Shown piece by piece: positions 17,241-31,019 of a DNA stretch of 64,000 bases (positions within the stretch are counted from its first letter, which is position 1; every line of letters begins with the position of its first letter). Under the pieces are notes generated by a model. That model was given only the letters and a program-made list of their open reading frames with translations. It had not been told where the DNA came from and did not search any database. Made by a program: the position numbers and the translations under genes. Source of the DNA: Octopus vulgaris (lineage: Eukaryota); NCBI GenBank assembly GCA_951406725.2, contig OX597814.1, forward strand, positions 116,994,001 through 117,058,000, read 5' to 3'.

Positions 17241-17264
17241 CTATCTATCTATCTATCTATCTAC

Positions 17265-17335
<71 letters not shown>

Positions 17336-17548
17336 GCCAGCTATCCGTCTGTATATCGGTATGTCTACGTATGTATGAGGTATGTATGTATGTATGTATG
17401 TATGTATGTATGTATGTATGTATGTATGTATGTATGTATGTGTGTATGTATGTATGTGTGTATGTATGTACGTGTGTATGTATGTATGCATGTATGAATG
17501 TATTTATATATCTATCAATCTATCTGTCTTTCTGTCTGTCTATGTATG

Positions 17549-17650
<102 letters not shown>

Positions 17651-18332
17651 GCTATCTATGTGTATGTCTGTGTGTTTGCATTTGTATACAAAGAAACACA
17701 GACATGTGCGCTCTCACTCTCAATTACGCACATAGAAATAAATATTAAAATAACAAAAATATTTACTAAATTTTCTAGAAGCGAGGTTCCCAACATATAT
17801 GCCTCTGCTCAACTTCATATATATTTAATACACTTTTATAATGGAAGCAAATAGTATGCTGAAAGAATTATATCGAATTCGAATCATGATAAAAGCCATC
17901 GGTCTAAGAACATTGGTTACTGGGAGAACGGCTGTCATCAACTTCAAGTAAAACACATTTGACGGATGCACATCCGAGTATATGGTCATCATTTCCTAAA
18001 TTTAAAGATGAAAGCACCTGAAAGTGGAACGGAAGCAAAAAAAAAAAAAGAAAAAGAAATCACCAAAATACGAATAGCGACCTGTATTATATGCTGACAT
18101 TTTGACAGAGGGGCCAAAAGCAAATTTGCAAAACAGAGACACACTTATACATACATACATGGAAGTACATGTATACTTACATATATACATAAAGGATATA
18201 TATATACATATACATATGCATGCATGTACACATAGAAATGCAATAATAAATATATATCATACGTACATTAATATCATATGATTCATATATATATATATAT
18301 ATAGATATTTCTTGTTTCAGTCATTTGACCAC

Positions 18333-18457
<125 letters not shown>

Positions 18458-18695
18458 ATATGTGTGTGTGTGTGAAATGGAGCAAAAACGCAATAGAGGA
18501 CAATAAAACATTCCAACTGATAGACGATACAAAGGGGGACAGGAAAAAACAACAATTAGAAGGACAGGAGAAAAAAAAAAGGACGGTTCATTCCTGGCCT
18601 TTCTTCAGTCAAGATATTAGATCTCATTACGCGCGCACACACACACACACACACACGCACGCCCATATAAACATCAACACACGCACGCACCCAAC

Positions 18696-18769
<74 letters not shown>

Positions 18770-19221
18770 ATTATATATACATGTATATATTATTACGCTT
18801 GCATGTATATATGCATGCAAGTGTGTGTGTGTCTGTGTGTTTGTATATTTACGTATATACCTGCACACATGCACTTATTCTCTCATATGTCGATCCATGT
18901 ACACAGGTACAGTAATTTCTTGTGACCCAATATTTCAGCGGTAGTTTGCTACGTAACAAAATTTCTGAATTAAAAGTTGTTTGTTTTTTCTTTGGAATTT
19001 AGCACCGTGGATGACAAATATATGAGATACGCGTGATAGTAAGATATATACACTTCTAGATGTATCTGTATAAACACCTACATACAAACAGACATATACA
19101 TATATCAGTATTTTGTCGACCGTTATTAATTGATAAACAGTAATACTTCACTTATACCGTACCTAACATGGGTTGCACGCAGCTCTACATAAAACAGAGG
19201 ATCCATGACAATCTTCCATTA

Positions 19222-19299
<78 letters not shown>

Positions 19300-19515
19300 A
19301 ATTATTGTATACAGAGCTCAGGTGCACCACAACTTATCAAAAGTGCGTATAAAGCATATGCAGTAATGTACAAATGTCTGGGAAGTGAACAGTGTATGAG
19401 ACAGATACATGGTTGCGTGTGGATGGAGGGGAGAAAATCAGGTGTAGTGTTGACAAATCTCAGGAAGCATCGAAGTTTTGAAGGATGCAGTGCTCCGAAA
19501 ACTAACAACTGATGT
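19300..19515 (-). mobile_element. CR1-like LINE 3' end
   Basis: WNK.PTSVVSFRSTASFKTSMLPEI C-terminal motif, then 3' UTR and a simple-repeat tail. Confidence 0.6.
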
Positions 19516-19928
19516 CGGCGGTTTTATTCCATGTGCCAATGCAAGCAATAAATTGGCAGAAACATTATATTTCCACAACAGATTTTATAAGATATTGGAG
19601 TTATTTCATATTTCAGATAAGCTAACACGTCCAAATTTTCACCATACATGTGTACGTTCAAGAAATTAGGAATTGAGCCAGAATTTCAAAACTTCCTCAT
19701 GCGGTGGATTTCACTGGAGAGAACGTGTTCAGCAGCCTCCAGAATCTATTGTCCCATCATGAATGTATTCCATTCTAATACTTTCGTCTTAGTTCTCTGC
19801 TACATCTTGAAATCACAAAGTAAAGTCAGATTCTTACATTTAATCTCATGATACTTTCATTTGTTTTATTCACTGATCGATAATCATGCACGAGTTATGC
19901 CTTATAGGCATTCATTTGGTCTTATACC

Positions 19929-20161
19929 TATTTCTTTACTACCCACAAGGGACTAAACTTAGAGGGGACAAACAAGGGCAGACAAACGGATTAAGTCGAT
20001 TACATCGACCCCAGTGCGTAACTGGTACTTAATTTATTGACCCCGAAAGGATGAAAGGCAAAATCGACCTCGGCGGAATTTGAACTCAGGACGTAACGGC
20101 CGACGAAATACGGCTACGCATTTCACCCGGCGTGCTAACGTTTCTGCCAGCTCGCCGCCTT
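19929..20161 (-). mobile_element. CORE-type tRNA SINE (family D) with perfect 15-bp TSD
   Basis: AGGCGGCGAGCTGGCAGAA...GAGTTCAAATTCC, CORE-like GCCTTTCATCCTTTCGGGGTCAATAAATTAAGTACCAG; TSD ATTTGGTCTTATACC at 19914-19928 and 20162-20176. Confidence 0.9.
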
Positions 20162-20581
20162 ATTTGGTCTTATACCATACGAGTCTAATACTCTAGTTGG
20201 TTGCTTTTCTAGGACGGCAAATATATATCAAATGTCACGGGCACTTAGTGATTCAGTTGGATGAATTGAACGTCACAGCCAATTGATTACTTAATAGTAT
20301 CATTGGTGTTATTACCCTGTGAGTCTTGTGCATTCTCTTTCTTTTAGCCATTTATCATTCATCGTTAGTTTCTTCTTGTCATTGGTAAACAAAACAGCAT
20401 GAAATGGTAAATTTCAATATATTTCAAAGACATTTCAAAATAGACTACAATTCGTTTTATGTTTCAAGTGTTTTCCACCATCAAAGCTAATATATTCCTG
20501 CTTCTAACGCGTGACGAATAAATATCTTTTACCCATATATATATATATATATATGCACACACATATACAGATATAGACATA

Positions 20582-20619
<38 letters not shown>

Positions 20620-20703
20620 TACAAATATATAAATATACATAAAAATATATACATACATACATATATACACATATAAATAAATAGAGATAAATATACACAC
20701 GCG

Positions 20704-20764
<61 letters not shown>

Positions 20765-20766
<2 letters not shown>

Positions 20767-21063
20767 CGGGAAGCTTTATGAAAATAGACAAAAGACGAAG
20801 GCAGGTGGGAAACAAACAAACAATTGTATTAGTATGGTATTTTATTAGTATGGTATTTTATTAAATATTTACTAATAAATATATAGTTCTATATTCAAAA
20901 TATGAGGAATTATGTATATTATTTACATTTGACGGATATTTGTCCTCATCTTGATTGTTGTTAACACAACGTATCGGTTGATATACCCTACAGCATTCAG
21001 CAGGTGTCTTGGGGAAATTTCGAACCTGGGTTCTCATTCCTAAAGTATTTTTCGATGTTGTTG

Positions 21064-21115
<52 letters not shown>

Positions 21116-21150
21116 GATGAGGACAAATATTCGTCAAATGTAAATAATGT
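20765..21150 (-). mobile_element. Penelope-type pLTR with degenerate HHR (20963-21008)
   Basis: Minus strand GACAC-CTGCTGA-...-GATA-CG-TT-GTGTT; ATTATTTACATTTGACGGATATTTGTCCTCATCTT (~20918) inverted at ~21114-21150; next to (TA)n. Confidence 0.6.
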
Positions 21151-23330
21151 AATAAATATGTCAAATCAATTTATCTCTACATTCTCTCCATATACTTATT
21201 CTAAGTTTTCATAGTATAAATTTTTCATAATCCTATATATATCGATGAAATGTTCACGTAGCTATAGTGAATCAAACCAGTGTAACTAGTTTGATTTCAT
21301 CCTAACAAGGAGAGTGCATATACTCGTATTGGAAGATATGTGTGTGTCTTTGTGTCTGTGTGTCTGTGTTTTTCTGTTCGTGCATGCGTGTATGCATGTG
21401 TGTGTGTGTGTTTGTTTTCGTGTGTATATGTGTATGTATGTATCAGTGTGTATATGACTTCGTGTGAGTGTTTATATATATAAAGAGGTGGGCATTGTTA
21501 ATCGAAAAGTTAATTTGGTTAATCGTTAGTCCATTAATTCTTTGAAAATTTTACGGATGTAAACGTTATCTTTTTTTTGTAAAAAGGCATATTTACAGTT
21601 TAATACCCCAGCAAATTTGTTGTCTCATGACATCCGGAAAAATTGGTACTTTTTAACAAAACCTTCACTGAATAATCGCTTATATCATGTAGAAGGATTG
21701 GAAGTAACGATTTGTTGGAAAAAGTTCTCTGAGGGCTTGAGGAGATGAGTTTTGGAAAGTTAACAGGACCCGACATTTTCCTCCTCATAGCTTTCTGTAA
21801 AATAGGTATTTTTTAATGAAATTTTATACAAATAGTTTTCAAACGGTGTAGATTACGATTTAAAAGAAATTTTGAAAGGGGATTTTTGACGGGGATTCTT
21901 TGCAATGTCCTTCACCAAAGTATTCAGAATGATGGGAGGCTACTTTTCATGAAAAACAGAAGTAAATAAATTTTGAAAATTTATTTTTGTCACCCCCGCC
22001 ACTCTCTCACCACCTCAATCCGAAACGATTTTGGCCACTTTTTTTCACAACTCACAAAAAATAAGTCCTGAGGTCTATTTGCTCAACTAAATGCGGTGCT
22101 CCAGCATGACCATAGTCAAATGACTGAAACAAGTAACAGAGTAAAAGAGTGACTTCACCGTCGCTTATGGTTAAGTGTTTATATATGTATGTGTGTGCGT
22201 GTGTGTGTATGGGTGTATGTGTCAAAGAGAGAGGGAAGGAGTGAAAGGAATAGGTGTAAAAAGAAGCATGACCGACCTGTCAACGGCAATGTGAAAAAAG
22301 AGGATCACAGGGTCACGGGTCACGTCGTAGTCGGCGGAAAGAGAAAAAGTCGTGGATGACATAGGGACAGAAGACAGTAAAATATTAGCGAAGGAAACAC
22401 AGAGAATGAGTGAGAGAAAAAGTGGAAGGTAAAAGAGAAGCAAAGAAAGAGAAAAGGCAGAAATAGACGTAGCATGAAATAGCGTCTGCAAGTGGACGTG
22501 TGTGTGCGCTTGTCTATACTTGTGTATTGCAGTGATTACAGGGTTGTGTGCGTGTCTACGTGTGTATGCGTACTGTGTTTGTCCAGTAGGTGTGTGTGCG
22601 CGCACATCTTTATGTATGAATGTGTGTGTGTGTGTTTGTTTGTGTGTGTGTATGTGCGATGTGCCTTTAGTTTTCTGCTACATCTTGCACTCACGAAGAA
22701 TTCAGATTCATACATTTTCTCTTAATACATTTTCACTCGTTTTATTCGTTGGTCGATAATCATGCACGAGTCCTGCCTCATAGGTAGTCATTTAGTTTTA
22801 ATCCAATAGCAGTCAACTACTCTAATTGGTTGTTTTTCTAGGATACCAAATATTGATCAAATGTCACGGGGACTTAGTGTTTCAGTTGGCTGAGTTGAAC
22901 GTCACAGACAGTTGAATGCTTGATATTATCATTGGTGTTATTACCCCGCGACTCTTGTGCATTCTTTTTCTTTCAAACATTTATCTTGCATCGTTAGTTT
23001 TTTTTTTCTAATTATTGATACACAAAACAACAAAAAAATGCTATGATATTTTAATAAAATTTACAAACAAAATTAAATTTAAACTACAAATCGTTTTATG
23101 TTTCAACTGTATTTCCAAACCCCAAAGAAAATTCTCTTATATTCCTACTTCGTCCCCGGAGAAATAAATGTCTCTTCTCTATATTTATCTAGGAGATGCA
23201 GCACCAAGTTTCGTCCATGAAAACGTCGCAGTTTCAAAGCGACATAAATATTTTGACACAAATGTAAATTAAACGGTTTTTGCGTGTTCTTGAATGGCTT
23301 ACAAATACCTTCCATGCTGCAATTGTGTGT

Positions 23331-23390
<60 letters not shown>

Positions 23391-23568
23391 GCAATAGATA
23401 TTCATTTGGCATCTAACATTTCTTTTAGAGCTTTATAATTTATAATTTATTTGTATTATTTTATTTTTAAATTTCAATCTCCTTATATCATACAAATAAG
23501 TTATTTGTATATCTATTATTGCCCGTTTCCTTTCTTTCATCATTATACCTGTCTTTGTATGTGTGTGC

Positions 23569-23606
<38 letters not shown>

Positions 23607-23607
<1 letters not shown>

Positions 23608-26600
23608 TCGCCGTCAATCATTTAATGAAAACAAGCCAAAGATCATGCCGGATCGGTCATCGCCCGGGACAACAAGGACCGCGTTACCCAGTAGGGAACC
23701 AGACTGGGGTCGAAAAGTTTGCTGCTGGAACAAACTCTCGAAAAGACGATCTACCAGGTGACCAGAACCAGAATACTTCTAACTCTGGACTTGTAGTGAC
23801 ACCACCAAAAACACCACCTAAAGCAAAACGTATAAAATGGACCAGAGAGGACTATAGAGATGTGTTGAAAGCTTTTTATACAGCCCAACTAAACCCAAAC
23901 AATAACCTCAGTGTACAAACATACATCTCATGGAGAAATTCAGTAGGCAATGACGTACGTAGATATATAGACGCAAATAAATTAAGTAATGTACGCAGAG
24001 ATATAATTAAAAACAAAAGACTAACTGACGCTGAAATTGACAAAATTAGGACACTAATAGCTCATGGTAGACCAAAAGAAAACAGCAACAATGTAGACGA
24101 AATAGGTAACAGTAGCACATAAGCCAGTGTACAAGCGGCAAATCAACTTCCCAATGGGGAAGTTAAACAAAGAATAGCGAAGACGAGAGATTTGAAAAAA
24201 GAGGAGAACGTAGACCTTCCTCAAGAAAACCAAAATAGATATGACATAGAATTTGAGGTGAATAATAGAGAAAAGATTATGGAAGCAAAAGTGGACATTA
24301 TGAGAGAACTCGGCAAGATTCAGCTCACTGACATGGTTAATAGAGAACCACTACCAAAGTTTTCAAATGGCACAAGAAATAACAACACAATCATGACATA
24401 TAACGTTGCCCTAGGACAGATCTTAAGAAATAAGGGGAATGATTTGACAACCTTAAATAATCTCATTTATTCCACTGCTAAAGTAGTAACTACCCAACTA
24501 GGTATTAAGATGACAAAGAAAAAGGCCAGGCATGTCAATGAACCTCCTAAGTGGAAAGTAACGATACAAAAAGAGATTGAATCTCTGCGGGCGGATGTTT
24601 CAGTTCTCGATGAGCTTGCTAGAGGAGTGAATATTAAGCCGAGAAAAGCTAGAAAAATCAAGCAAAAATATAAAATCAAAGATCTCATAAACCTCCCTGC
24701 AACTAAGGAACTGTTTAAACAACGGATACAGTTGAAAGCTCAACGGCTTAGAAGGTATGACAAAAGAAACAAATTTTATCGACAAAATAAATTTTTTAAG
24801 ACAGATGCAAAGAAATTTTATAGGGAAATTGGCAAAAATAAAATACACATAGAAGATCCACCTAAGATTGAGGAAGTGGAGGAGTTCTGGAAGAAGGTAT
24901 GGAGCAACGAAAAAGAGTTTGATGCTGAGGCTGACTGGATAGAATGTGAGAGAGAGAGACTGGATGAACTTGAAGAACAGAAATGGGAAGCAATAGGAAT
25001 AGAGGAGCTAAGGTGTGTCCTCAGGAAGGCTCATAAATGGAAAACCCCAGGACTGGATCGGATCCCTAAATTCTGGCTGAATTGTTTGACAGAGGTACAC
25101 GAACATCTCGCTGCATCTCTGTCTGATGTCATTCAGAACCCAGAGCAAATACCTGCTTGGCTGACTGAAGGAACCACCTACCTATTACCTAAAACCGAAG
25201 ACACAAAAAACCCAAAGAATTACTGGCCAATAACATGTCTCAACACCACCTACAAAATTCTCACATCCATAATAACGGAGAGAATGTACGCTTTCCTTGA
25301 ACAAAATTCTATCCTTCCACAAGCTCAAAAAGGTTGTAAAAGAAACTCTTATGGGTGCAAAGACCAATTGCTCATAAACAGAATGATTGTAGAGAATTGC
25401 GGAGCAAAAACAAAAACCTGAGTATGGCATGGATAGACTACAGGAAAGCGTATGACAGTGTCCCACATAAATGGATACTCAAGGCCCTTGAGATATACAA
25501 GATCTCTCCTGTCGTCTCAAAATTCTTAGAGAATAGCATGACCATGTGGAACACACGTCTCTTTCTAAGCCATAGTAATGGGATGAGCCAGTCCAACAGC
25601 ATCAACATCAAACGAGGCATCTTTCAAGACTCCCTCTCTCCATTACTTTTTTGCATGGCACTGATCCCACTCTCAAACGAATTGGATAGTACCGGATATG
25701 GGTACAAAGTTTTTAGTAAGTTAATAAACCACATTTTCTATATGGACGACCTAAAGCTGTTTGCCAGGAATGACCAAGAGCTAGAAGGGCTGCTAACAAC
25801 TGTTAAAGAGTTTAGCAATGATATCGGAATGGATTTTGGCCTTGATAAGTGTGCTAAAGCAACTTTTGTAAGAGGCAAGCTCAGGCAAACAGCTTCTGTT
25901 AAATTAGATATTGACACTACCATCAAGGAACTTGACCCACAAGAAAGTTACAAATACCTAGGAATCAACGAAGGAGATGGTATACATCATGCTACTATGA
26001 AGGAAAAAATAAGAAAGGAATACTATAGGAGAATAAGGCTTGTACTGAAGACTGAACTCAACTCCAAAAATTGCATTGAGGCCATTAACACCCTGGCACT
26101 TCCAGTAGTCCAGTACAGTTTTAACATCATCAACTGGAACCTTACGGAACTCCAACGCTTGGACAGGAAGACAAGAAAGTTACTGACATCCAAGAGCATG
26201 CACCACCCTAAGGCAGATGTAGACCGCTTGTACCTACCTAGAAGCAGCGGGGGAGAGGAATGATGCAATTAGAGCTGTGCTATAAGACCTCTACTGTAGG
26301 AATGAACAGGTACCTATCTAGTACAAAGGACTGGATGCTGCGACTTGTGTGCGAACACGAAAGCAGCAAAAAGCTGCATTCTATTGTCAAGGAAGCTTAT
26401 AAGTTCGAAAGGGAACTAGACATTAACCTTGAATCAGATGAAGAGCCGGAAACCACTGCTACCAAGCAAGCAAAGCGAATCAAGCAGACTGCAAAAAAGA
26501 ACGGGCAGAATCAAATTGAGAGGCGGTGGAGCCAGAAGCCCCTGCATGGACAATATATTCTCCGAAGCCAAAATGCTGATGTAGACCAAGCAACAACCCA

Positions 26601-27440
26601 TCAGTGGCTGAAGAGCTCTGGATTGAAAGCAGAGACTGAAGGTTTCATAATGGCAGCACAAAATCAAAGCTTGTTTACCAGAAATTACCAGGCTAACGTT
26701 CTCCGAAACGGTACTGACCCTAAATGCAGATTCTGCGACACATTTGACGAAACGATAGACCATCTCGTTTCGGGATGTCCTGTGCTGACACCAAACGAAT
26801 ACAAAAATCGCCACGATAGGGTAGGACAGTATATACATTGGAAGATATGTAAACACTACAAATCCGACACTCCTGCTAACTGGTATGAACACCATCCTCA
26901 GCCAGTTGTTGAAGGTAAAGATGTCACCATCCTCTGGGATTTTCCAGTCAACACTGACAGAACGATCAAGGCAAATCGACCAGACATAATTGTTAAAGAC
27001 AGGGAAGAAAATACCTGCAGACTAATAGAAGTAAGCGTCCCCACTGATAAAAATGTATCTGTCAAGGAATTTGACAAAGTTAGTAAATATAAGGACCTGG
27101 AAATCGAAATACAGAGGATGTGGAATCTTAAAACAAAAACTGTTCCTGTTATTGTAGGTGCCCTAGGTATGATAAAAAAGGGATGTCAGAAACACCTAGA
27201 CAATATCCCTGGAAAACCATGTCTCAAGGAAATCCAAAAAATTGTGCTAACAAGTACTGCCCACATCCTTAGAAAAACCCTATCAATGTAAATGTTTGTG
27301 TTTGCATTACATGGAGATATATCTCTACTTCCCCTCCCCAAGCTTTCAGCTATATTCCAACAACTCTTAACCTTCACTTGCCCTAGGGCGCTGGGTGTGC
27401 CCCGGCAGGTGATTGCATCAAACATGCAGATTAAAAGTAA
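23607..27440 (+). mobile_element. Nearly full-length R4/Dong-like non-LTR retrotransposon (RT + RLE) in (AAT)n
   Basis: One ORF from ATG 23625 to 27291: KWTRED Myb-like motif, KTPGLDRIP, NYWPITCL, WIDYRKAYDSVPH, RGIFQDSLSP, YMDD, CRFC..H..C knuckle, RHD, PD..E..K..KY nuclease; (AAT)n upstream, (GAT/AAT)n downstream. Confidence 0.95.
23625..27291 (+). pseudogene. Disrupted RT-RLE polyprotein of the Dong-like element
   Basis: In-frame stop at 24120-24122, frameshifts near 25400 and 26250, lost Gly codon in QGD (~25628); matches ORF-track pieces 23451, 24192, 25355, 26260. Confidence 0.9.
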
Positions 27441-27470
27441 ATGACAATGATGATGATGATGATGATAATG

Positions 27471-27638
<168 letters not shown>

Positions 27639-27640
27639 TA

Positions 27641-27699
27641 TTGGGCTTCGTATATTTTACCCTAGTGTCACTTTGATGGCATGCACTGCTCTCTCACTC
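27641..27699 (+). mobile_element. 3'-terminal ~60 nt of the non-coding (AAT)n element
   Basis: TGGGCTTCGTATATTTTACCCTAGTGTCACTTTGATGGCATGCACTGCTCTCTCACTC then (AAT)n; matches 52170-52227. Confidence 0.85.
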
Positions 27700-27764
<65 letters not shown>

Positions 27765-27799
27765 TAATAATAATAATAATAATGATAATAATAATAATA

Positions 27800-30196
27800 A
27801 CAACTGAAGAGGTCACCCAGGCACTGCAAAAACTAAGCAACTGGAAGGCACCTGGGCATGACAAGATCCCCAACTTCTGGTTGAAATATCTAACAGGAAT
27901 GCACAAAAAGTTGGCTGAAAACTTTAACAGCATACTAGCAGAGCCAGAGATAATGCCTGAATGGCTCACGAAGGGGAAAACCATCTTAATTCCCAAATCA
28001 AATGAAACCAGAAAACTACAGACCAATAACCTGCCTCCCTACTATGTTTAAAGCATTTACTGCAGTGATATCGCTAAGGCTGAACAAGCACCTGGACGAA
28101 AACAAACTGTTCCCAGAAGAGCAGAAAGGAGGCCGCGCAAAGGCTCATATGGCTGTAAAGATCAACTAATGATTAATAAAGCCGTAACTGAAGACAGCCA
28201 CAGAAAGAAGAAAGGCCTCAGTATGGCCTGGATTGACTATAAAAAGGCGTTTGATAGCATCCCCCACACATGGATCCTCGAAACACTAGCCATTAACAAA
28301 GTAGCACCAACAATCATAAAATTCATAGAGCACTCTACGAATAAATGGCAAACAGTCCTACACCTCCAAACAAAAGAGGGACTCATGAAAACCAAAGACA
28401 TCCTCATTAGAAGAGGAATATTCCAGGGAGACACGCTCTCTCCACTCCTTTTCTGCTTGGCACTGTCACCTCTATCTGATATGCTAAATAGAACTGGATG
28501 CGGATATAAATGTTACGGCAAAACGATCAGCCACCTTTTATATATGGATGACCTAAAACTATACGCTGCAAATGACAAACAGCTGGAAACACTATTAAAG
28601 ACAGTTCATGGATTTACCAAAGAAATAGATATGAAATTTGGATTAGAAAAATGCGCCAAAGTAACCATGAAAAGAGGAAAACTAGTTAAGAGTAACAACA
28701 TCACACTAGATAAACCCAATGAAATAAAAGAATTAGACCAAAGCCAAACTTACAAATACTTAGGAATCCATGAACTAGATAAGACACAACACACACAAAT
28801 GAAAGAGAAAATAAAAAAAGAATATTATAGACGAGTTAGATCAATACTAAAAACAGAGCTCAATGCTAAAAACAAGATAATAGGTATCAACACTTTAGCT
28901 GTCCCAGTTATAAGTTACAGTTACAATATCCTTAACTGGACACGAAATGAACTGTCCAAAATAGATAGGAAAACAAGAAAAATAATGACAGCATCTAGGA
29001 TGCATCACCCAAAGTCTGACATAGAAAGACTATATATACAACGTATAGAAGGTGGTAGAGGCCTTATACAGCTGGAAAACTACTATAAAATAACCACCAT
29101 AGGACTGCAAAAATATCTACTTCAGAAGGAAGGAAAACTGATCCAGATAGCAGCAAAACACGAGCAAAACAAAGAACTGTTCTCAGTATTTAAGGAAGCT
29201 GACAAATACAAACAAGAAATCATACCACCTAATAAACATGAAGAAGAAGAAGAAGATGATGAAGAAACATCAAAAGCTATAAAACAAATGAAATCCAAAC
29301 TAAAAATAGAACAGCAACGAACCATGATAAAACGATGGCAAGAAAAGCCCCTTCATGGTAAATACTGGACTAAACTAAACGCAAAAGAAATAGACAAACA
29401 AAAATCCCAGCAATGGTTCAGAAGCTCATGACTCAAAGCAGAAACAGAGGGATTTTTAATTGCAGCACAAGACCAAAGCCTCCCCACCAGAAATTACCAA
29501 AAACATGCAATGAAAAGAAATATTACAAGTAACTGCAGAATAAGTGGAGATGGACAAGAAACAATAAATCATATAATCTCTAGCTGCCCAGTCCTGGCTA
29601 AGAAGGAATATATTCACAGACATGACAGAGTTGGAACCTACATACATGGGAAGCTATGCCAACATTATGGAATAACAACAGAAAAAAGATGGTATAGGCA
29701 CACACCAGAAAAGGTCACAGAAAACGAGAAAGCAACCATACTCTGGGATATGCCGATACACACAGATAGAGAAATTAAGGCCAACAGACCAGATATAGTT
29801 GTCAGAGACCATGAAGAAAAAAATGCTTTCTAATTGATGTATCAATACCGGCAGATGACAACGTGTCTCTAAAAGAAATGGAGAAACTGTCAAAATACAA
29901 AGACCTGGAAATAGAGGTAACTAGAATGTGGAATCTGAAAACAGAAACAATTCCTATCATAGTAGGTGCATTAGGCATGATAAAAAAATATTCAGACAAA
30001 TACATAACAAAAACACCAGGACTTACAAACACATATAACATACAGAAAATTGCACTACTAGGCACTGCACACATCCTACGCAGAACACTTTCCATACAAT
30101 AACCATCAGAGCATCACAACAAATCACAGCACATACCCAAGGCACACAGAGCTGCGCTCGGTAGTGAAGTGAAAGCACGCTATAAAAATAAAACTA

Positions 30197-30199
<3 letters not shown>
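27800..30199 (+). mobile_element. 5'-truncated R4/Dong-like LINE, second family
   Basis: WKAPGHDKIPNFWLK, WIDYKKAFDSIPH, RGIFQGDTLSP, YMDD, RHD, PDIVV, KYKDLEIE; a few frameshifts and a stop at ~29428; (AAT)n both sides. Confidence 0.95.
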
Positions 30200-30266
<67 letters not shown>

Positions 30267-30279
30267 GTGATGATGATGA

Positions 30280-30700
30280 TGAAATAGAAACTTGGAAGCC
30301 AGATATAGTGTTAATTGAGAACGAAAGGAAACGAAGCTGGATCATAGATGTAGCATTCCCAGCTAAGAACAAGGTATCCGATAAAGAAGAAAAGTCGATA
30401 GATATGGCAGGTTAGCTTGGGAGATTAACCGGTTGTGGTTGATGAAAAGGTGGTATTAGTACCACTAATTGTCGGAGACCTGGGCACAGTGAGTTAAAAT
30501 CTTGAGAACAACATGGAACATATAGAGGCTGCAAAAAGGGTGGAGCAATTCCAGAAAGCAGCACAACTTTGAACCACTCGGATACTCCGGATAGTGCTCG
30601 AAAAATAAGGGGTGTTATCTTACTTCACTGGACGTAAACAACCGGCATCGTAGTACATCTTCAGCGTTAGAATCTGTGCAAAGACAATAAAAACAAATAA
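30280..30700 (+). mobile_element. Older RLE-LINE 3' fragment
   Basis: WKPDIVLIENERKRSWIIDVAFPA...LAWEINRLW...VPLIVGDLG...TRILRIVLEK*. Confidence 0.85.
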
Positions 30701-30730
30701 TTCTTGGATGGAATATTTAAACCTTTAACG

Positions 30731-30866
30731 TATCACTACGCGCGTTTCCACAAATTAAATGTCTCCTCATATCGCAGTCCGTATTCCTGGAATGATTACA
30801 GTGTAGTCCGTAGTATCCATTTACATCCACCTAATCATGTTCATGGATTTATTTCTTCAGGCTATA
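30731..30866 (-). ncRNA. HHR-like motif with long stem II
   Basis: TATAGC-CTGAAGA-(ATAAAT...ATTTGT closing ~100 nt)-GAAA-CGCGCG-TA-GTGATA; stem I eroded. Confidence 0.5.
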
Positions 30867-30953
30867 TAATAGTAATGGATGACCAACAGAGGGATACTTA
30901 TCGCTTTTGGACTGTATGAACGTTGATTGAGTATATTTATATATATATATGTA

Positions 30954-31012
<59 letters not shown>

Positions 31013-31019
31013 GCAAGCT

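Larger units (their letters stand above)
19795..23115 (+). repeat. Diverged ~440-bp duplication (19795-20480 minus the SINE; 22675-23115)
   Basis: Collinear blocks CTACATCTTG, TCGATAATCATGCACGAGT, ATCAAATGTCACGGG, TTGAACGTCACAG, TATCATTGGTGTTATTACCC, CGTTTTATGTTTCAA. Confidence 0.85.

Noticed and set aside
21480-22060. Possible DNA-transposon/MITE relic
   Set aside because: Could not identify matching TIRs or a TSD
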